Below are positions 63,122 through 64,000 of a stretch of DNA of 64,000 bases, in pieces. The stretch spans positions 1,988-65,987 of the forward strand of contig DATLQV010000032.1 of the NCBI GenBank assembly GCA_035534955.1, read 5' to 3'. Below the pieces are notes generated by a model that searched no databases, was not told where the DNA came from, and worked only from the letters and a program-made list of their open reading frames with translations. Positions within the stretch are counted from its first letter, which is position 1; each line of letters begins with the position of its first letter. A program made the position numbers and the translations under genes. The stretch comes from Gaiellaceae bacterium (GTDB lineage Bacteria > Actinomycetota > Thermoleophilia > Gaiellales > Gaiellaceae).

Positions 63122-64000
63122 GTGCCGGCCTACGATGCAATCGTCGTCGGCGGCGGACCTGCCGGGTCGACCTGTGCGTACAGACTCGCGACCGCGGGCA
63201 AGTCGGTCCTGCTGCTCGACCGGGCGCGGTTCCCGCGCGACAAGGCGTGCGGGGGTGCGGTCACCGCTCGTGCGCTGCGGGAGATGCCCGTAGGGATCGA
63301 GCAAGTCGTGGAGAGGACCGTGAGCCGGTTCGAGCTTCGGGCGCGCCATCGGCACGGATTCTCCCGCGTCGCCGCGAGCCCGCTCGCGTACATGACCCAG
63401 CGCCACCGCCTCGACGCGTATCTCCTCGGGCGCGCCGTCGAGGCAGGCGTCGAGCTTCGAGAAGGGACGGCTGCGTCGGAGATCCGGCAAGACGGCGTCG
63501 ACGACGACGACGCTCGCGTCGTCATCGGCGCGGACGGCGCAAACGGCGTCTCCCGCCGCCTGTTCGACACGAAGCGCAGGAACGCGGTCGCGCTCGAAGG
63601 GAACCTCCCACACAGAGAAGCGCCCTATGAGCGCTATGCGGAGCGCCTCGTCCTCGAGTTCGGAACCGTCCCCGGCGGCTACGGCTGGATCTTCCCGAAG
63701 GCCGATCACCTCAACGTCGGCGTCGGCGGATGGACATCGGAGGGGCCGCATCTGCGCGATCACCTCGCGCGCCTCTGCGAGGCCCACGGCTTCGACCGCG
63801 ACGCCCTGACAGACGTCCGCGGCCATCTGCTTCCGTTCCGCAAGCGCGGCGCCGTCATGGCGACCGGGCGAGTCGCGCTCGTCGGAGACGCTGCCGGTCT
63901 CGCCGACCCTCTCTCGGGCGACGGCATGTACGAGGCTGCACTGTCGGCAAGGCTCGCCGCGGAGCACGCACTGCGGATCCTCGCAGGCGAGCTCGACTGC
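63122..64000 (+). CDS. Geranylgeranyl reductase-family FAD-dependent oxidoreductase; 3' end outside the window
   Basis: 'YDAIVVGGGPAGSTCAYRLA', 'KACGG', 'VIGADGANG', 'VALVGDAAGLADPLSGDGM'. Probable GTG start at 63122. Confidence 0.85.
   Translation, partial: MPAYDAIVVGGGPAGSTCAYRLATAGKSVLLLDRARFPRDKACGGAVTARALREMPVGIEQVVERTVSRFELRARHRHGFSRVAASPLAYMTQRHRLDAYLLGRAVEAGVELREGTAASEIRQDGVDDDDARVVIGADGANGVSRRLFDTKRRNAVALEGNLPHREAPYERYAERLVLEFGTVPGGYGWIFPKADHLNVGVGGWTSEGPHLRDHLARLCEAHGFDRDALTDVRGHLLPFRKRGAVMATGRVALVGDAAGLADPLSGDGMYEAALSARLAAEHALRILAGELDC

Overview
64 kb of very GC-rich, densely coding chromosomal DNA. Gene content looks Actinomycetota-like, but the taxon cannot be fixed from the sequence alone. 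I found no rRNA, complete tRNA, CRISPR array, intact transposase, integrase or phage genes. About 75 credible genes are called; many long Arg/Pro-rich ORFs in the track are off-frame artefacts of high GC and were trimmed or rejected. Main blocks, in order: (1) a partial SF2 helicase and a Doc/antitoxin pair; (2) a 4.3 kb segment (IS3 remnant, MFS pump, ECF sigma, YCII, SnoaL-like) bracketed by two copies of a ~185-nt repeat that ends in a tRNA-like T-arm; (3) an MFS pump and HxlR regulator; (4) two paralogous modules of tiny membrane proteins + ApbE + bis-heme ferric-reductase-domain protein, running outward from one two-component system, with one copy extended by ferredoxin and ferredoxin reductase; (5) an ArsR-DUF2892-MMPL operon; (6) miscellaneous secreted and enzyme genes; (7) an orphan multi-TM histidine kinase beside an acyl desaturase; (8) a sugar-acid catabolism cluster; (9) a 9.4 kb locus with five paralogous two-repeat Cys lipoproteins, a MacAB-like ABC exporter with an embedded Ig-repeat secreted protein, and two two-component systems; (10) a cNMP-TrxR fusion, hemerythrin and HAD genes; (11) a 9 kb operon gltD-like/porGDAB/ppdK/gap/adh; (12) USP, ArsR-SRPBCC, a hybrid PAS kinase, a ParB-like protein coupled to an aquaporin, and a partial geranylgeranyl reductase. 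The best candidates for undescribed biology are block 4 (a 'split NOX'-like redox module with a shared operator box) and block 9 (the lipoprotein/exporter locus). All functional calls rest on motif recognition by eye and need HMM or BLAST confirmation.
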